Below, piece after piece: positions 27,191-42,100 of a stretch of DNA of 64,000 nt (positions are counted from its first letter, which is position 1; every line of letters starts with the position of its first letter). Made by a program: the position numbers and the translations under genes. Location: NCBI RefSeq assembly GCF_009914755.1, contig NC_060932.1; one strand, given 5' to 3'. The notes beneath the pieces are model-generated. The model saw only the letters and a program-made list of their open reading frames with translations, was not told the DNA's origin and ran no database searches. Source of the DNA: the human T2T-CHM13v2.0 reference genome, Homo sapiens.

Positions 27191-29450
27191 GGTGGCAGGT
27201 GGTGGAAAACTATAGGTGTTTATAAAACATCTGGGAAAGCTGGAAGAAGGTGGTCCACTGCTAGCTCTCAGATGTTGCTCAAAGTTGCTACTGCCACCCA
27301 GGCCAGGGGAAGCAGGAAGTCCCTGTCAATGGTACTATTTACAACCAGCAGCAAGGAGGCAGATGTTTTAGGGAAGATATCAGATCAAGAGCCCTTCAGA
27401 TCCCTGCCTCTGTCTACTTCCAGAAGATGGATGTCGCTTCCCAGGCTGCTTCTGAATCTTGCCTGAAGGCTCTTGTGATGGGGTCTAAACCAGTACAGTG
27501 CCAGAAAGGGATTCTAGAAAATGTAGCTTCCAGGTAGCAGTCCCTGTGAAATAGGGAGAATAGAGGCGGGTCGGGGGGAGGGGAAGGAAAGTTGCTGAAT
27601 GCAACAGAAGGTTGCACCTTAAAACAATGACACGATGCCAATCACAGCTCACTTACAAGATGCTGAGGGCTCTCAGTCAATGAGACTAGTTCCTTCTAGA
27701 GAGGCAGTGCAAACTCATCCTCTTCCTGGCAGGGTTTCCACTAAGATAAAACCGTGATCACTGAAAATCTGCATATCAATTGACCAACCCAACTCAAGGA
27801 ATTTATCTTAGCGTAATATTCACACAAATTTACAAAACTATATACACAGATATTCCTCATATTAAGATGCAAAACTGATACAACTTAACTATTAATGGAT
27901 TTTGATTAGTTATATGTCATAAAAGCATGCAGCCCTACATGTAAGGCATGTTTGTATTTGATAAAATATTCTATTTACTTTTGTGTCTTTTGCCCTCAAG
28001 ATAAAATCCCAAATCCTTACCTGCAGGTGTCTCTGGCCCCTGCTTGGTTGACCAACCTCATCTCATGCTGTTCCTCCTCATTACCAACTATGCCTCAGCC
28101 ACATGGTCTACCTTCCAGGGCCTCTTCCCTTCTAGGGGCCCTCATTCACACAGTTCCCCTGCCGGAAACACTCAATATGATGTATGTCATCCTACAGAGG
28201 CACTTATGTAAAAGTACATATAAATATGTGCATAAAGAAACTGGATTTTTTGAAGATATTCTTGTATTTCTTATCTGGTTATACTTGCAACTCTAAAGCT
28301 TATTAAATTACTTTGCAACTCTAATGGTTAATTTGAAAATCTAGAGAAAATTACACATGAAACATTGCAACAAATTTGAAATTCTAGTGGAAACAGATGC
28401 TTTCCTTGTGAAATGTTTTTAAAAGAATGACTTGCCAAGAAGGTGATTTGACCAACCCTACAACCTAGAAAACTTTTGAGTCACTGTTATGAACTTCTCT
28501 CAATATCTTAGAGGTAGATTTTGTTTCATAAATTAGCTTCAATATGGTCTTTTATAGTGAAATGTGTCATCCATATAGAAGGGTGTTTATAACATGAGTG
28601 CTTTTTCTTTAAATACACATTGACTGTCCAGGTTAAACTATAGGCTGTTCCCTAGTATCTTGAAAGCTTTCTATGTTTCTCCCTTATGGAATCTCCTTTT
28701 CCTTCCAGCACCCAAGAAATTAACACAAATGTTAACACACTGATTCTGGCTTATTTCTGTAATAAATGTAAATCCTCAACAGAGATAACAAAACATACCG
28801 TATAGCTTTTTAAATGAACAAGCACAAGCCTAGATAAGGAAAAGGTACTTGTGCCTCTATCAGACAAAGACACCTGTGAGAAGATAAACTAAATGGACTC
28901 CTGGGTCCAAGGCCAGCATGACCTTCTGCTTACAAGGATCAGTTTGGTACAGAGTGGACAAGCTGAGTGAGTTCTGGGAAAGAAGGAAACCCCAAAGTTG
29001 CATTCAGCTGATTGCAAGAAGGAAGAGGCTACTCTGTATTTTCAGCTTCTAAGCTTTCCCTTGGCTCCGTCCAGTTCTGAGAAACATTTCTGAATAGAAC
29101 GATTCTGTTTTTACCTGAGTATCCTCCAGGGATTCCCGCATACAGACCTGAGGGGAAAGCAAAAACTTCAAGAGCTTAACACAAACCAAATACTAAAAAG
29201 AATGGGCCACGCTGACCTGGGGGATTCTGTCCTCGGATTAAAGAGATGGGGCTCTTGGATGGCTCACTCTTGGGACACTCTGAGACCCCAGAAACCAGGC
29301 TGTGAGAAGTCCAAGCTCCAGGAAGAGGTCTTGTGAACTCAGCTAGTGTTTACCCCAGCTGACAGCTGAGCACTCAGCGTCAACTGCCAACCATGTGGGT
29401 GAGCAGGGGTAGCGTCCCACACAGTGGAGCCTCCAGGTGGCTCCGGACTG

Positions 29451-30014
29451 TGTGAGATGGTTAATCTTACGGGTCAGCTCAATTGGGCTATGGGGTCCAG
29501 TTGTTTGGTCAAACACCAGTATAGATGTTGCTGTAAAGGCTTGTATTATATGATTAGCATTTAAATCAGTAGACCTTGAGTAAAGCAGATTAACCTCAAT
29601 AAGGTAGGTGGGCCTCATCTGATCAGTTGAATGCCTGAACAGAACAAAAGACTGACTGCCCTTGAGCAAGAGGGAATTCTGTCAGCAGACACACCTCTGA
29701 CTTGGACTGCAATGTTGGCTCTTCCCTGGGTCTCCAGCCTGATGGCCTCCGAAGTTAAACTACATAAGCTCTTCTCTGGGTCTTCTGCCTACTGGGCCAC
29801 CCTGCAGATTCTGGATTTCCCAGTCTCCTTAACTTCATGATCCAATTCCTTAAAATAAATCCATCTCTCCCTGTGTATATACACATACTTTATATATATA
29901 TAGTATATGCATACATAAATTGGTAAATAAGGCAATCTATGTGTATATACACATACATGCACACACACACACACACCATATTGGTTGTTTTTCCAGAGAA
30001 CTCTGACCAATATA
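29451..30014 (+). mobile_element. MLT2 (ERVL) LTR with internal TA/CA simple repeat, nested in an older MLT1
   Basis: TG..ATGGTTAAT...gtttggtcaaacaccagt...agagaactctgaccaatata. Confidence 0.8.
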
Positions 30015-30107
30015 TACACCCGCAGTAATCACAACTACAAATGCAGACACACAAATACCACCACAATCGCACAAGTAAGGACCACCCAGCTGAGCCCAAT
30101 TAGCTCA

Positions 30108-30446
<339 letters not shown>

Positions 30447-31611
30447 ACTGTTAGGAACTGGTGGGGCTTGTTATACAATGAGATCATGGGAAGACTCAGA
30501 TAAAATGGGCTTTCTTGCTCATAACTGAGAGCATCTTTACAATACATTGTCCACCCTCTTCTAACTTACAACTTTTCCTGTGAGGTCTTGACAGTTGAGG
30601 CTTATTTTGTTCTCTCCAGTTTCCTCTAGGAACTCTACTTCATTGGAGAATATTTGCTTTGTTTTTCCCAGACTAATTTTCTCTTCTGACCTTCTAAATA
30701 CTCTAAATATCTGTAGAGGATCTCGATCGATTAGGATGAAAAGACAAAGAGCAAATTCCCTTTCAACCCTGATTCTGCAATGATTCCTGATGTAACCATT
30801 GGAAGTTCAAAACAGGACTTTTCACAAGAATACACTAGCACTGAAAACATTTCACCATTGGATTGGTCATTTCAGCAGGACTTGGCGATGGTCACATAAG
30901 CATAACTGGTCATCCTCAGGGCTTAAAACATACTTGTATTGTGAATCTCTACTAAGCATATTAATATCAACTATTGTGCCTTCACTGTGAAGTGGATCAC
31001 TTGTAAACACCAACTAGCCCTTCATTTTATTTCATACTGTGTCCGAAATCAGTATATCCCTCCCAGTTTTGTTCATTCACATTGCCCTGGAATAAAAATG
31101 AGGTTAAAGATAAAAGGATAAACAAGTTTGTGAATCTCTTGTAAGTAATATAGATGAATTTAAACCTAAGAGTTAGGTGTTTTGTTTAACGAGTTTAAAT
31201 CATTTAGTGTCTTTTCTACTATGATAGTTGTTTTACAACATTGTGTAGTGCTTTTAATTCTGGTGGTTCATGTATGAAAGCAAGACAAGTTTAGTTATGT
31301 GTGGCCTTCAAAGTTACTTCAGTAGAGCTTTTTTAAAAAAAATGACAGTATGTAAGCCAGGTAAGCAATGCTATAATTGGGTTAATTATAGCACCTAAGT
31401 CATAGTATTTTTGCAAGTGTTAGATAATGTACATGTATAACCCTTGACTCCACATATTATGAGTTAAATCTAGACAGTTTCAATACTTGAATTCTACTTT
31501 TAATTATATGCTTGTACAGAGAATTTGTTACTTAATCTGGAATCTAAGAAATAATCTGGATCAAACTTGTAAAAACTTGAAGTGTGCAAAAGCAAACTAA
31601 GTTATTTGAGA

Positions 31612-31955
31612 GTGCCTTAGTCTGTGCAGGCTGCCACAACAAGACCAAAGACTTGGGTGGTTTATAATCAGCAGAGACATTTCCTATACTTCTGGAGGCT
31701 GGAATTCTAAGCTCCAGGGTGCCAGCATATTTGAGCTCTGGCGAGGGCCCTGTTACAAGTTGCAGATAGCCAACTTTTTCTTGTGATGTCACATGGAAGA
31801 AAGAGGGTTGGAGAGCCCTCTGGCTTCCTCTTTCCTAAGAGGACAAATCCCATTTAGGAGGGCTCCGCCACCAAAATGCCTAACCTCCTAACATCATCAC
31901 CCAGGGGTTAGGTCTCAATATGTGAGTTTTAGGGGCACACAAACATTCCATTACA
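31612..31955 (-). mobile_element. MLT1A-like MaLR LTR
   Basis: ttagtctgtgcaggctgccacaacaa...ttctggaggctgg...cacaaacattccattaca. Confidence 0.8.
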
Positions 31956-32765
31956 GAGGGATTTCCAAGGAACCAAGCCACCTAAAAAATATGTCCCACC
32001 CTTCCATTCCCCACTGGTTTGGGAATGCATTTGAAGAATTTATAAAACAGAATTCTAATGTGTCAGCCTCATTACTGACAAAGGCAGAGCTGGAGGATGT
32101 GACTTCATGTCAGAGCCAAAAATTAAGCCACAAAATTAAACAAACACACTCCATGGAAGTGTGGGACAGGGCCTGGCCCTGAAGGAGCAGAGGAGAAGGC
32201 TGTTCTCCTTTGGCACACTGGGACCCCCAGGGAGGAGAAGAGGAGTCTGAGCTGAGCATGTCCAGTTCATTGTTCCAAAATTGACCAGTCAGTCAAGTCA
32301 TTCTCCCTTCTTGATGCAAAAGGACAAGCTTGGTCAAAGCCAGGAGTTAACATTAACTGAGATTTTTCTATCTAGGAGGAAATGTTCCAAGTGGAGGAGC
32401 ACCCATCATGCTCATCTTTTCATAGGGAAATCAAATGACAGCTGCGATGGAGCATCTGACACACAAACTCTCCTGGGGTTCTCGGGCCTCACCTTCCTCT
32501 TTGTCACCTTCACTGTGTCCTTTTCCCTGGCTCAACCTCTCCTGGAAAGTCCCTTGGGGTTTGCTCCTTGGTCCTATTCTCCATTCTCCCTCACCTTCCT
32601 AAGTGAGCTTATTGAGAGCCTTAAATACCAGAAAAAGATTGAAAGCTCCTCACTTAATTTTCTATATCAAGTGTAATTTTCATATTAAAAAATAATTAAA
32701 TGGTTATATTTATGAATATAAATGCAAAACATGGAACACACTAGCATATAAAAATACCAATTATT

Positions 32766-33115
<350 letters not shown>

Positions 33116-33873
33116 TTATTATTGACCAAGTGACTACTAGATGATGGGAGTACTGGTGGCTGATAGCTGTTAGCTGAGTTCTTCTCTGGGCATTGACCTT
33201 AGCTGAAGAGAGTCACTTTACCCAGGGTCCAAGGGTGAACCCCCTTCCTTGCAGATGCAGAGGTACAAAGGCCCAGCCACTGTGGACCAGTCCAAGACAA
33301 CTCTGAGCCATCCAGTTCCAGAGTTCCCTGTGGGATTAGCAGTTTGATTACTCGTTCCCTCCAACCCTGTTACCCTGCTTCTCCAACTGCCCCAGGACTG
33401 CGCTGCTCATAAAGTTCCATCTGACACTTTCCATGGAACCCAACCTGCAACATCAATAGACAATGACCAAGTCAGCTTTAATCAAATATGATTAGTAAAA
33501 TACTTTGTTTTGAGGACTTTTCTGTTTAATAATATCCTGTGCAACCATTTTGCATAAAGCTGCTGGAGGATATGGTCCAACAGAGCACAGGGGGAATACA
33601 CAGTGAAAGTGGAAGAGGGAATGGATGAAACACTAAGAAACTTAAGGCAAGATCTAAGATGACTGCTGTGCACCAAGCAATTAGTCTGAATTAGAGAAGA
33701 GTGAATTGGGAGCAAACATTTTAAAGACTGCTGTTACCAAGAGACCTATTGCCACTGTTGGTAAGATCCAGGACTGAGTTTTGTCTGTGTTTTTATTCAG
33801 ACATCACACATGATAATCTTGCTGGGTGTAGAATACTAAGCCGTGAATTATTTTTCTTTAAAATGTTCTGATA

Positions 33874-34113
33874 AGCCGAGGTGGATAGATCACTTGAGCC
33901 AAGTTTGAGACCAGCCCGGGCAACATGGCAAAAACCCAGCTCTATTAAAAAACACACAAAATTAGCCAGGCATGGTGGCATGCACCGGTAGTCCCAGCTA
34001 CTCAGGAAGGTGAGGTAGGAGGGATCACATGAGCTTGGAAAGTTGAGGCTGCAGTGAGCTAATACCACCACACTCCAGCCTGGGCAATGGGAGTGAGACC
34101 CTGTCTCAAAAAA
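33874..34113 (+). mobile_element. 5'-truncated Alu (AluJ-like)
   Basis: GATCACTTGAGCC...GAGGCTGCAGTGAGCT...GAGACCCTGTCTCAAAA. Confidence 0.9.
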
Positions 34114-37100
34114 TATGATAAAATGCAGGGAAAGTGTAGCTTTAACTTAAAATGTTATGACCACTGTTAGTGCAAATATTTTCTGACTTCCTTTCCAAAC
34201 TAAAGCGCATGCCTGGCTAACCCAGTGCTTCGTACTCTCAAAGCACTTAGAAAGAGATTCATGGTAAAGTTATTTTAAAGAGGTATTCTCATTAATGCTT
34301 TGATAAGTCTCATAGTCTATGGTTTCTATCAAATTTTAACTAAGGTGAAATCAAAGAAATTTAAGGCTTATGATTATATTTCTACCAAAAGCAAGAACAT
34401 GATGAGTTTAGCTATGAATAATTGCAAGAGAACGTTAATATGTTGGTGTCTGTGACGACATCTGAACTCCTGAAGTCGGATGCATAAAGTTTGGATGTTT
34501 TGTTCTGCCTAGAGTGGGACAGCGACCCTTCTACCCCTCCTTACCCCTTTTATGGTCACAGGATTGAAGATCTGAAGAAACTACCTACTGTCTTCTCCCA
34601 CTTGGGCTATCTCCATAGCCTTCTCGGTTATCTAAGATTATTGAAGGTTTGTGTCCCAGTTTCCTCCTTTGTTGTGGATAATAATCATCCCTATCTCATA
34701 GTTTCTATGAGATGATGTATGCAAAGCACTTGAACCATGCCTGGCCACAGTAAGTGCCACAGACATTTGCTAGATAAGAAGTTCTGGAACATATGTTGAA
34801 TAAAGCGAAACCTGTTTTCCACAGAGGATGATTCCCCAAATGTCTATTTTTCTCTTCCAAAAGGGGGTCATACTTGTTGCTTGCTGTGTGGTAGGTACCC
34901 TAGTGCTGGGCACTGAAGTTGTACCAATGACAATGGCTCATTCTGTTCCGAGTGGGGCATAGGCGTATATAGTCGACCGATGATTAATGTCTTACAAATG
35001 TTTACAAATTTTGAGAAAGTAGGATGAAATCAAAGTTGTTAGGGATCGTCCTGGGGTTAACACGGACAGTGTTAAGATGGGGCACTTCATACACCAGACC
35101 TATGGCTTCCCCCAGAAGTGACATGTATTGCTTCTGCTCATCTATCTTCAGCCAGGAACATCTTTCTCCTCCTCATAAAACCCCTTACCTCCACCTGACC
35201 AACTCCCACTTAGCTTTTGGGCTCTCTGAAGGAAAGGCTTAAGGCATTGTGAGAAACTAGAGGAACACAGGATTTACGTGGAAGGGGCAGCGTGGGGGAT
35301 GCTCAAGAAATCCCTCTCCGAGTCCAAAGGATGAGTAAGTGTTGACCAGGCCCCAGGAGAGGGCATTCCAAGCAGTCCAAGGAACAAGGGCCAGACCCTG
35401 AGTAAGGAGGACACTTGGTGCCCTGAAGAGGCCAAGAGATGATTGTGGCCGAGGGAGGGGCAGAGAGCCAGGGAGGATCGTGTTGGAAGGTGAGGAGGTG
35501 GCTGGGTCAGGCCTCACAGCATCTGGTAGTCCGTGGCAAAGGATTCAGACAATAGCCTTCCTCGGCCCACTCCTGGCTTCCTGTTGGCTTAGGATACCAG
35601 TATCCTGGTAGTGGTGGGAGCTATCATGGATCAGAGAACGTGGAAGCTAGTGTTGTCGTCCCCCAAGCAGAGGGTCCCGATTTGATTCACAGCAGAGATT
35701 TGAGTCCTTACTCCCAGAGTTTGACTGGCACCTCCAATCCCCCTATGAAGCGCCAGGGTGTGGGCCTTAAGGGGGAAGGGTTTATCCGTAGGATATTGTT
35801 ACAAGTGGTCTGGTTCACCTAGGTGCAATGGGGAGAGCAGGTGACAGATCAGCAGAGGTGGGGCCCTGGAGCTGCTGCTCTGCATTGCTGGTCTTGTTCA
35901 GTGTCCTCTGCCCAGCTACTGGAGGATGCCTGTTGCTGAGTGAGCATGGAATGGGCTGTTGAGCCAGTGAGGGGAGGCACAGAGGGCTGTCATCAGTGAG
36001 GTGAGGGATGCCCAGGCAGAGGGAACAACATATGCAAAGGCAGTTTCCTGTAACCTGAATTCCCTGCCTGACATAATTGATTAAACACAAACTTTTGCTC
36101 ATTCTTCCCTATCAGGACTTCAAGAGGAGGTGGCCTGTGAGTTGACATTGTCATTACAGCAATTAAGCCTGCCTAAGGGAATGCAGACTGTACAGTGAGA
36201 GGCAGGGAGGAGGAGCACTTATCTCATTGTGTTTGAATGATTATTAAACACTCACTAATTGTGCTGGGCCCTGGGGATACAATCTGCCAAGCAATTACAC
36301 CCAGCCAGGCCTTCCCAGATAATCTGTTGGAGGGGGGTGGGAATAGCATTTCTAGACTGCCTTCCAGGTGAGGCGGGAACAGAGAATAGGACTGCCTGGT
36401 GTCCCTTTCCCTCTGGGCTTTGGTCTCTGCAGGGTCAGTCCCTCCTGCCTCCTTTGTGAGGCCTGGACCAGAGCTCCTGGGAGGACTATAGGCATCTCCC
36501 AAGGATGGAGCATCTTCCATGAAAACAGCAGTGATTGACTCTAGGGTGGCCACCTGTTCTGGTCTTCCTGGGACTTAGGGGACTGAGAATGTGGATCTTC
36601 AATGTTAACACCAGGACAATCCCTAGCAATTTTGACTTCATCAGCCTTTCTCCCATACACATGCAATGGTGCCAGGCCTGGCTGAGCCTTTCAAAGGCTC
36701 ATGAGGTATGATAGGTTTTTGCAGGTTTTTTTGTTTTTGTTTTTGTTTTTGTTTTGCAACAGCTGGCAGGGCCCTGCTCACCCCTGCCTTAATTCCTGTA
36801 AGCTACCCCCCATCACTCTAGGCAGTCCCCCAACTGACAGTCCTCCAGGCCTAGCAGTTGATCAAGGCTCTAACAGGAAGCAGATGGATGTCCAAAGATT
36901 TCCCTGGAGAGAGTACCTGAAGCTACTATTAATAGACATGAAGGCAGAGTTAAGGGAACCAGGAAGGGAGAGTGGGGCACCCGGGGTCTAGGAACCTTGG
37001 GAAGCCTCTTTCCACACTGGAAGCTGCAGGGTTCTGGGTCTGGGGGTGGAGGTCTTGCTAGACCCCAGAAAGAGATGGACCACTCCATGACAAGGCAGCA

Positions 37101-37754
37101 AGGGATTGAGGTTTGATAGGTATCCTGATATCTTTCTGTCTATGCTCCCATCTTTTGCCAGTGTCGCCCACTGACCAACTCCAAAGGGAAGCCAAGGGGG
37201 GCCTGGATGATGCCATCCTAGAATCAGCCTCCCAGGCATAGAGCACGAATCGGTGGGCAGAGAACAAATCTAGAGAAAAGCCAGTACATACACCAGTAAG
37301 GTAACCCCAGAGCTGAGCCTTGGAGCCTGAGTTCAAGAGTGCCAGGGCCAACCAAAGACTTTCTCCAAAGATGCAAAGTATCCAAGAATGCAGGGACCTG
37401 GGGGTCCCCAGACCTTGGCTTGACTCCTTGCCTGGCCTATAGCCAAGTCTCCTCTGTGTCCTAAGCTATCACACAAGGATAATGTCACCTACCGTATGGG
37501 GGCACTGAGGAATAAAAGAGTACAGCATATTAGCATGTGTGGTGGGGAGAGTAGTCTATCACCTGTTTGGAGAATGAGAGTAGGAATTTTTTTCTACCCT
37601 TATCAGATTGAATTTGATCCTCTCACAACACATGTAAAGTGCCTGGCATAGCACCTAATGTGAAATATCTTATTTGGTTTCTGGACCCTGCTGGTTCTTG
37701 TGAGACTTCAGACTTAAGTAATTTGACTCAACCTCCCCTTTGGTAAATAAGGAT

Positions 37755-38099
37755 TGTTATTTAAATCTGCCCCCCAAAATTCATGCGTTAAACTTAATCC
37801 CCAATGCAATGGTATTGGAAGGTGGGGCCTAATAAGAGATTGGGCCATGAGGATGGAGCCCCCAGGAAATAGATTAACTCAAAAGTGAGTCTTGGGAGTG
37901 GGTTTTAAAATGGCCCCTGGTGCCCTCACACACTCTTGCTTCCTCTTTCCACCGTTTAGCCATAGGATGACCCTCACCAGGTAACACCATGCTCTTGGAC
38001 TTCCCAGACTCCAGAACCATGAGTTAAATAAACTTCAATCCTGTAAAAATTACCCAATCGGTAGTATTCTGTTATAGCAACAGAAAATAGACTAAGACA
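37755..38099 (+). mobile_element. MSTD/MLT1A0-like MaLR solo LTR inserted in a MIR
   Basis: TG...GACTAAGACA termini; perfect 5-bp TSD AGGAT at 37750-37754 and 38100-38104. Confidence 0.88.
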
Positions 38100-38274
38100 A
38101 GGATCAAAATGGCACCTGCCAGATAGGTTCATTGTGAGGATTAAAGAGATATTTAGAACATGCCTGGAACCTACTATTGCTAGTATTAGGTTTAAATGAA
38201 TTACCTCATGTAGGTCACTTAGTAGCCTCCCAAAAAATGACAAGCTCCATTTTACAGAGGAAGCACTTGCATAG

Positions 38275-38677
38275 CTTTTTTATGTGATAAACTTGGCTAG
38301 ACTACAGTCCCTGTTATTCAATCAAATGCTAATCTAGATGTTTCTGGGTAGGTACTTCATAGGTATGATTAAAGGTCATAATCAGTTGACTTCAAGTAAA
38401 GAAGACTGTCCTAAGTAAACTAGGTGGGCCTGGTTCAGTCAGTTGAAAGGCCATAAGAGCAGAGTTGAGGCTTTCCTGATGGAGAAGACATTCCACCTGG
38501 GGGATACCACTTTTGGCCCATGCCTGAGAGTCCCAGCCTGCTCATCCTGGAGGCCAGCCCTGCAGATTTCATACTTGCCTAGACCTCACAATCACGTAAG
38601 CCAACTCCTTCCAATAAATCTCTTAATATATATTTCCTAATGGCTCTGCTTCTCTGGTGGGATACCTAGCTGATATA
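38275..38677 (+). mobile_element. MLT2 (ERVL) LTR
   Basis: aacttggctagactacagt...tattcaatcaaa...ggtgggcctggttcagtcagttgaaaggcc...ctctgcttctctgg. Confidence 0.75.
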
Positions 38678-39176
38678 ACCTCTGAACCCTTGAGAGGGTA
38701 TAAGAAATTTGCCCAGGGCTTGTTCTGCAAGAGATGGAGAACTAGAATTAGGATTCAGGCCCCCTGACCCGAAGCCCTGCTCTCTCCCATTAACTGTAGA
38801 AGACTGGCTGTGTGGCCAGGGGGTGGCCTGATCTCCAGGGCTCATGGGTGAGTGAATATTAATTACTTCCCTGCCATTACCCCAAATGCTCCTGAACTTC
38901 ATACCTCATTCCCCTTTCATGGCCAGCACTGTGAGCTGCATTCTAGAATAAAAGGCAGAGCCATTGTCTGGCAGGACAGGAAGAAGGGAGCAGCCCTCCA
39001 GGGCACCCAACCCCTGGACCATAACCCAGGCCCCTGCACCTGCCTGCTCAGAGGATGCCTTCAGGAAAAATCCTTACCCCCAACATGCCAACTTTTTTTG
39101 TTTTTTTTTTTTAAACAAGATGCCACGTGCCCCCACCCCCTTCAAAAACCATCTATTCCTGGTGCCCCACTGGGGC

Positions 39177-39190
39177 GTTGCCATGGCAAC
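39177..39190. promoter_or_regulatory. Perfect RFX X-box palindrome GTTGCCATGGCAAC
   Basis: Exact 14-bp palindromic RFX consensus; CACGTG E-box at 39124-39129 and a CACCC box nearby. Confidence 0.7.
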
Positions 39191-42100
39191 AGGCAAAGCC
39201 AGAGGCCCAGCAAACAGGCCTGCTTTTCTTGATGGTTCTTTGGGGACTACACTGCCCTCAAAGAATATGCAAGCCAGCTTCCTCTTCTCTGAGCAGCAGT
39301 GAACAAAGACCCTCCCTTCCTTTTCTCTTTACCCCGAACCCAGGCCCTATAGGCTGAGGACTCTGGCTGGAGGAGCCAGAGAAGAATTGCAGAGAATCCT
39401 AAGTTCTGATCCTAGGGCCAAAGCCAAGAGTGGATTCAGCACCCCCATTTCAGTTTGGGCCAAGAGTCAGGATAGTGGGGTTCACCAAGAAATAATCAGA
39501 GCTGTTACCCCTTGAAGGGAAATGTGGGCGATGCTTCCAAGGGGAATGGTGAGAGCTAAGAGCTGCTGTGTCTGGTCATATCAGCAGAACCACATTGGAG
39601 ACAACCATGCTGTAACACTAGGAAGTTAGATCATGGGACAGCTGGGGGGTGGGGGCTCTCATTCCACTCCAAGGTCACACTTGTCAACAGCAATCACCAC
39701 CCTAGGCTCCGGCCCTTCTCCAGCTTGTCCCTATTAGTCAGTGTAAGTTGGCATCTGCACCAGGCACTACAGCATGTGACGGCAGTTCAGGTGAATCTTC
39801 TGTGGATGTGGGAGTGGCTAAGAGGAGTGGAGGGGACACATGGACTGCACATTGCCATCCTCGCCATGCTTTATTGACCCCACAGAGTAGGCAGGCCAAG
39901 TCTGTGCCAAAGCCCCAGACCTTGTTGTCTTACCATTGTTAGCCATAACCCTGCAAGAGAGAAATCAAATGAGATCGCTGTATGGGGCATGCATTCTAAC
40001 TCCTGGCCTCACAGACCCTGGGGCCCTGAAAAAGCGGGGAAGACCAGCAGGCAGGAGTTTGTTCCCTCTTTGTGCTCGCCACTTCCATGTGCCATTCTAC
40101 AGATGTCCAACCTGCCTCCTGATTCTGCCAGAGACCTCTGGCTGAGCCAGGCTCAGAGCTGACCTAAGGCAAAGTCCAGGAGGATGAGGATAGCCAGAGG
40201 GGTGAGAGCATCACAGGGTCTGTTGCTGGGAGGCCTAGGGAGTAGAGGCCATCTTCACATCTGAAGAACACAGCAGGGATTCAGCCACAGGGGCCTCCTG
40301 GGCCCCGAGCTCAGATACGCTTCTGCCTGGAGCCTTGGCTCTTGCCCATCAGCAGCTGGAATGTTCTTCCTGCCCCCATCTGCTCAAGCTCACCTTTCCA
40401 GTGGAGAATGGTCCTGATGGCCAACTGTGTACAGCCACCTGTTTCCTGCTGGGCTCCAAATCCCTTACTGTTTTTCTCTGTTCCATGACACTGCTTCAAA
40501 CATATGGTATAATTATCTGTTACTTTTTTTGTCACCCCATGATGGACTATAAGCTCCTCAAAGGCACTTGTGTATCTAATATTCACATCCCAAGTCCCTA
40601 GAGTACAGTGTCTGGCGTATAATAGACTCTCAATAACTTTCCTGAATGAGGTGGATCTTTAAGAAGTCTCAAAATTGACCCCACCTTAGATACTCAATAA
40701 TAAATATGGTTTTGTGTACAAGGGACTAGGCATGTACTAACCATACCCATAGGGTGCATCTGCCTTCTATCAAGGTAATACTCAAGCCTATTTGGGGTAC
40801 AACTTTTGGTTAGTACCAAGGTGTCTGATTTGGCCTTCCTTGCATGGCCTTTGGTATAATAACTTCTAATTTATCTGGTGTTCAAAACAAAGGCTGCCCA
40901 CACGTTGTACTGATTGTACAGTGCACAGGTGAGCTCAACTAAGGTGATGCAAACAGGTGGAAATAGGACCAACCCTCCCCAACCTGTGCTTCTGTGACCT
41001 GAAGCCGTGCCAGTGCATTAATGAATGACTGTCTTCCACAAAGGTGCCACTGCTCCCTGGACCCTGTGCCCACTGGACAAACCTCAATAGAGGTACATGT
41101 TTCCAGAGTGCATGTCATGCTTCAATAAAAGTTAAATTTGGGGAATAAAAAAAAAAACTTGGATCTAGAACTGCTTCCAGGAGAGGATGAGTTGATGTTG
41201 AACGGACCATAAAAAAATTGGGGGTATGGAGTGACCTCTAGATTTCTTCCCTCATAGTAGGGCCTTCCTCACTTGCTGAGGCCAGTTCCTTGGGGTGGGG
41301 GGATTGTCCCAGTAGGAAACCTGGCATCAGAAGGTGCTCAGCACAGTGTGTGGCGATAGAACAATGCTTACTCCTAAGTTAAGCAAATACTTTCCTTTCC
41401 TAGATCACTTACATTATCTTTCCCAAGATCTCTGCCTGGGCCAAGACTTGTACCTCGCTCTCCTGATGAGATGCTCTAGTGATGATCATAATGACATTTT
41501 GTCCACTTAGTCTGGGCTGTCTGGGTGCAGTGTGTCAAGCAGGCAGGGTCCACCAGGACAGAGATGGCAAAGTCCTGCTGGGTAATTTGCGGATGCTGTA
41601 ATGAAGGGACTATTTTCCAAAGCTCAGCAGAGTATAAGGAAACCATAAAGGATAGTGCAGTACCCAGGATTCACTTCCTCAGGCCAGGAAGAAAGAGCAT
41701 TTCAGAACCTGGAAGCCAGAGACAGTGTGGAGAGGGCCTCCTGGCAGAGGCTGAGGCCCTTCCTTTAGAAAACATCCAGACCACAGAGTTGCCACAGGGG
41801 AAAGGGAATAAATCCTCCCTCTTTCCTCCAACCTCCTGACTTCCTGCCAGAGCTCTGCATTGACCAAGCCTACATGGAAGCCACACAGGTTTGTTTCCAT
41901 GGGCACAGGGCAGAGTAGACAAAGGTGGAGAGGGATTTGGAGGGGAGAATAGAAGATTCCCCCTACAATGAGTCAGGCTGCTAGAGTCTGTCATTGCATC
42001 CAAGCTCACCTGGCTTGGATCATTAAAAACTGATGAGCTTGTATTAGCCAGTAGAAGGGACAGGAGTGGATCTGGCCATGGGGTTGATTTCACCCAGGAC

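Noticed and set aside
30780-31100. Exon-like minus-strand segment after tttttattccAG
   Set aside because: Stops in all three frames and no homolog I can recognise; a translated search would be needed to call a pseudo-exon
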